Below are positions 61,709-64,000 of a stretch of 64,000 nt of DNA, piece by piece. The stretch's first letter is position 1. Each line of letters begins with the position of its first letter. Origin of the DNA: an uncultured Megamonas sp. (GTDB lineage: Bacteria > Bacillota > Negativicutes > Selenomonadales > Selenomonadaceae); NCBI RefSeq assembly GCF_905197185.1, contig NZ_CAJJXW010000001.1. One strand, written 5' to 3'. The notes under the pieces were generated by a model, which did no database searches, had not been told where the DNA came from, and saw nothing but the letters and a program-made list of their open reading frames with translations. The position numbers and the translations under genes are program-made.

Positions 61709-63232
61709 TTAGTCAATTAAAGCTTTACCAGTCATTTCTGCTGGAATTTCAAGACCTGCTAATTTTAATAAAGTTGGAGCGATATCACATAAAGCACCAT
61801 CTTTAACTTCTTTAACTTTATCAGAAACTACGATAAATGGTACTGGATTTGTAGTATGAGCTGTAAATGCTTCTTTTGTTTCTTCATCTAACATTTTTTC
61901 AGCATTACCATGGTCAGCAGTGATACATACGCTACCACCAACTTGTTTTATAGCGTCTACAAAACGACCAACACAAGTATCTACAGTTTCAACTGCTTTT
62001 ACAGCTGCTTCCATAACACCTGTATGACCAACCATATCACCATTAGCATAGTTTAAGATGATAAAATCATATTTTTTAGATAAAATAGCTTCAACTACTT
62101 TGTCTGTTACTTCAATAGCACTCATTTCTGGTTGTAAATCATAAGTAGCAACTTTTGGAGAAGGTACTAATATACGATCTTCACCTTCATAAGGCTGTTC
62201 AACCCCACCATTAAAGAAGAAAGTTACATGTGCATATTTTTCTGTTTCTGCAATACGAAGTTGAGTATAACCGAGTTTACTTACATATTCACCTAAAGTA
62301 TTTGTTAAAGATTCAGGTTTATAAGCAATTTCTACGTTCATACCTTTTTCATACTGAGTCATTGTTGCAAATGGAACTTTTAAATCTTCATTGCGAGCAA
62401 AACCATCAAAAGTAGTATCTACAAAAGCATGAGTAAGTTCACGTGCTCTATCAGGACGGAAATTGAAGAAAATTGCTCCATCATTACTTGTCATACCAGT
62501 ATAATTACCGATTACAGCTGGAACAACAAATTCATCTGTAGTATCTTCTTCGTAAGAATTTTTAATTGCAAGTTCGCTAGAAGCTTGTTTTACACCTTCG
62601 CCTAAAGCAATAGCATTATAAGCTTTCTGTACACGATCCCAACGTTTATCACGGTCCATAGCATAATAACGACCAGAAATTGTAGCTATTTTACCAACAC
62701 CAATTTCTTTTAATTTAGCTTCAAGTTCAGCTAAATAATCAGCAGCACTAGATGGTGGTACATCACGTCCATCAAGAAAAGCATGTACGAAAACGTTTTC
62801 AACGCCTTCTTGTTTTGCTAACTGTAAAAGTGCATAAAGATGACTGTTATGACTATGAACTCCACCATCGGATAATAATCCCATTAAATGAAGAGCACCA
62901 TTATTTTTCTTAACAGCATTGATAATATCTAAAAATACAGGATTTTTAAAGAATGCACCTTCACGAATAGCTTTTGTAATACGTGTTAATTCTTGATAAA
63001 CGATACGACCAGCACCAATATTTGTATGACCAACTTCAGAGTTACCCATTTGTCCATCAGGAAGACCTACAGCTTCACCAGAACAAGCAAGTTGGGCATG
63101 TGGATATTTTGCTGTTAATCCATCAATAACAGGTGTTTTACCTACGTTAACAGCATTAGTTGTGCTTTTAGGATCGCCAACTCCCCAACCATCCATAATA
63201 ATTAAAGCAACAGGAGCGTTAAGTTTTGACAT
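61709..63232 (-). CDS. gpmI: 2,3-bisphosphoglycerate-independent phosphoglycerate mutase
   Basis: 507 aa with LIIMDGWG and a metalloenzyme domain, in glycolytic gene context. Confidence 0.92.
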   Translation of the reverse strand: MSKLNAPVALIIMDGWGVGDPKSTTNAVNVGKTPVIDGLTAKYPHAQLACSGEAVGLPDGQMGNSEVGHTNIGAGRIVYQELTRITKAIREGAFFKNPVFLDIINAVKKNNGALHLMGLLSDGGVHSHNSHLYALLQLAKQEGVENVFVHAFLDGRDVPPSSAADYLAELEAKLKEIGVGKIATISGRYYAMDRDKRWDRVQKAYNAIALGEGVKQASSELAIKNSYEEDTTDEFVVPAVIGNYTGMTSNDGAIFFNFRPDRARELTHAFVDTTFDGFARNEDLKVPFATMTQYEKGMNVEIAYKPESLTNTLGEYVSKLGYTQLRIAETEKYAHVTFFFNGGVEQPYEGEDRILVPSPKVATYDLQPEMSAIEVTDKVVEAILSKKYDFIILNYANGDMVGHTGVMEAAVKAVETVDTCVGRFVDAIKQVGGSVCITADHGNAEKMLDEETKEAFTAHTTNPVPFIVVSDKVKEVKDGALCDIAPTLLKLAGLEIPAEMTGKALID

Positions 63233-63376
63233 TATTACACTACCTCAATCTATTAATTTTAAAATAGCATAGCACACATCAATCACAATCATTTTATAAA
63301 TTACTATGATGTGTGCTTCCTGTATTACAGGCAATCCCCATGTGCTACACGGTTTATTGTTTATTAATAATAAAAA

Positions 63377-64000
63377 TTATTTAAAATTAACAATAGCACT
63401 GAAATCAGCAGCTTTCAAGGAAGCACCACCAACTAAAGCACCATCAACGTTTGGTTTCTGCATTAAACCATCAATAGTAGCAGGTTTTACGCTTCCGCCG
63501 TATTGAATACGTACAGCATCAGCAGTAGCTTCATCAAACATAGCTTTTACAGTTTCACGAATATAAGCACAAACTTCTTCAGCTTGTTCGAATGTAGCAG
63601 TTTTACCAGTACCGATAGCCCAGATTGGTTCATAAGCGATTACAAGACCAGCAACTTGCTGAGCAGTTAAACCTTCAAGAGCAGCTTTAATCTGAGCACC
63701 AACAAAATCATTAGTTGTGCCAGCTTCACGAGTTTCTAAAGTTTCACCGCAGCAGATAATTGGAACAATACCAGCAGCAAGAGCAGCTTTAGCACGTTTA
63801 TTTACATATTCATCAGTTTCACCAAACATTTCACGACGTTCGGAATGACCGATTACAACGTATTCAACGCCAAGTTCTGTAAGCATTTCAGCAGAAATTT
63901 CACCAGTGAAAGCACCGCTTTTTTCCCAATGAACATTCTGAGCACCAACATGAATATTAGTACCTTTTGCAGCTTCACAAACAGCAGCAAGAGCTGTAAA
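63377..64000 (-). CDS. tpiA: triose-phosphate isomerase (N-terminus lies beyond the window end)
   Basis: The ORF-track start at 63886 is an internal Met. The reading frame stays open to 64000 and encodes ...[37 protein letters not shown], the TIM signature. Confidence 0.9.
   Translation of the reverse strand, partial: FTALAAVCEAAKGTNIHVGAQNVHWEKSGAFTGEISAEMLTELGVEYVVIGHSERREMFGETDEYVNKRAKAALAAGIVPIICCGETLETREAGTTNDFVGAQIKAALEGLTAQQVAGLVIAYEPIWAIGTGKTATFEQAEEVCAYIRETVKAMFDEATADAVRIQYGGSVKPATIDGLMQKPNVDGALVGGASLKAADFSAIVNFK

Noticed and set aside
63377-63886. tpiA called as a complete 169-aa gene.
   Set aside because: The start is an internal Met. The frame continues open to the window end and encodes the conserved [17 protein letters not shown] region, so the gene is partial at the window edge.
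1-64000. CRISPR arrays and rRNA operons.
   Set aside because: No regularly spaced direct repeats and no rRNA-like sequence were seen anywhere in the window.

Overview
This window is AT-rich, low-GC Firmicutes chromosome. The gene order is Clostridia-like (nusB-xseA-xseB-ispA-dxs-tlyA-nadK-argR-recN, miaA-hfq, smpB-rnr, mltG-OMT-U32 peptidase). Most of it is ordinary core genome: RNase R, SmpB, MltG, FabV, ScpA, an Opp/Nik-family ABC transporter sitting behind a cobalamin riboswitch, thiSFGH behind a TPP riboswitch, an L-fucose utilisation operon (fucI-fucA-fucK-fucU-fucP), Hfq/MiaA, RecN, ArgR, NadK, TlyA, DXS, IspA, XseAB, NusB, an Asp23/AmaP module, pyruvate kinase, a GGGtGRT/NifU-like pair, GpmI and a partial TpiA. 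The exception is an approximately 8 kb block at about 29.5-37.7 kb that is even more AT-rich than its surroundings. It lies between a YefM/YoeB toxin-antitoxin pair and the fucose operon. This block looks like a decayed integrative mobile element. It contains a tyrosine integrase and a convergent 668-aa protein with a degenerate PLD-like N-terminus plus SF3-helicase-like Walker A, Walker B and motif C. It also has a TIGR04076-like Cys-rich small protein, a frameshifted phage-like small ORF, and a truncated, frameshifted IS30 transposase remnant. There is a group of secreted or membrane proteins: a Tat-signal Amidase_2, a possible DUF1653 protein (recalled family resemblance only), a signal-peptide protein, and a TM coiled-coil protein. 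Finally there is a compact locus resembling an Fst/par-like type I toxin-antitoxin. This is a 29-aa hydrophobic peptide ORF with direct repeats flanking a bidirectional terminator and a convergent antisense promoter. The RNA domains of both riboswitches and all protein-family assignments come from reading motifs by eye. No database searches were run.
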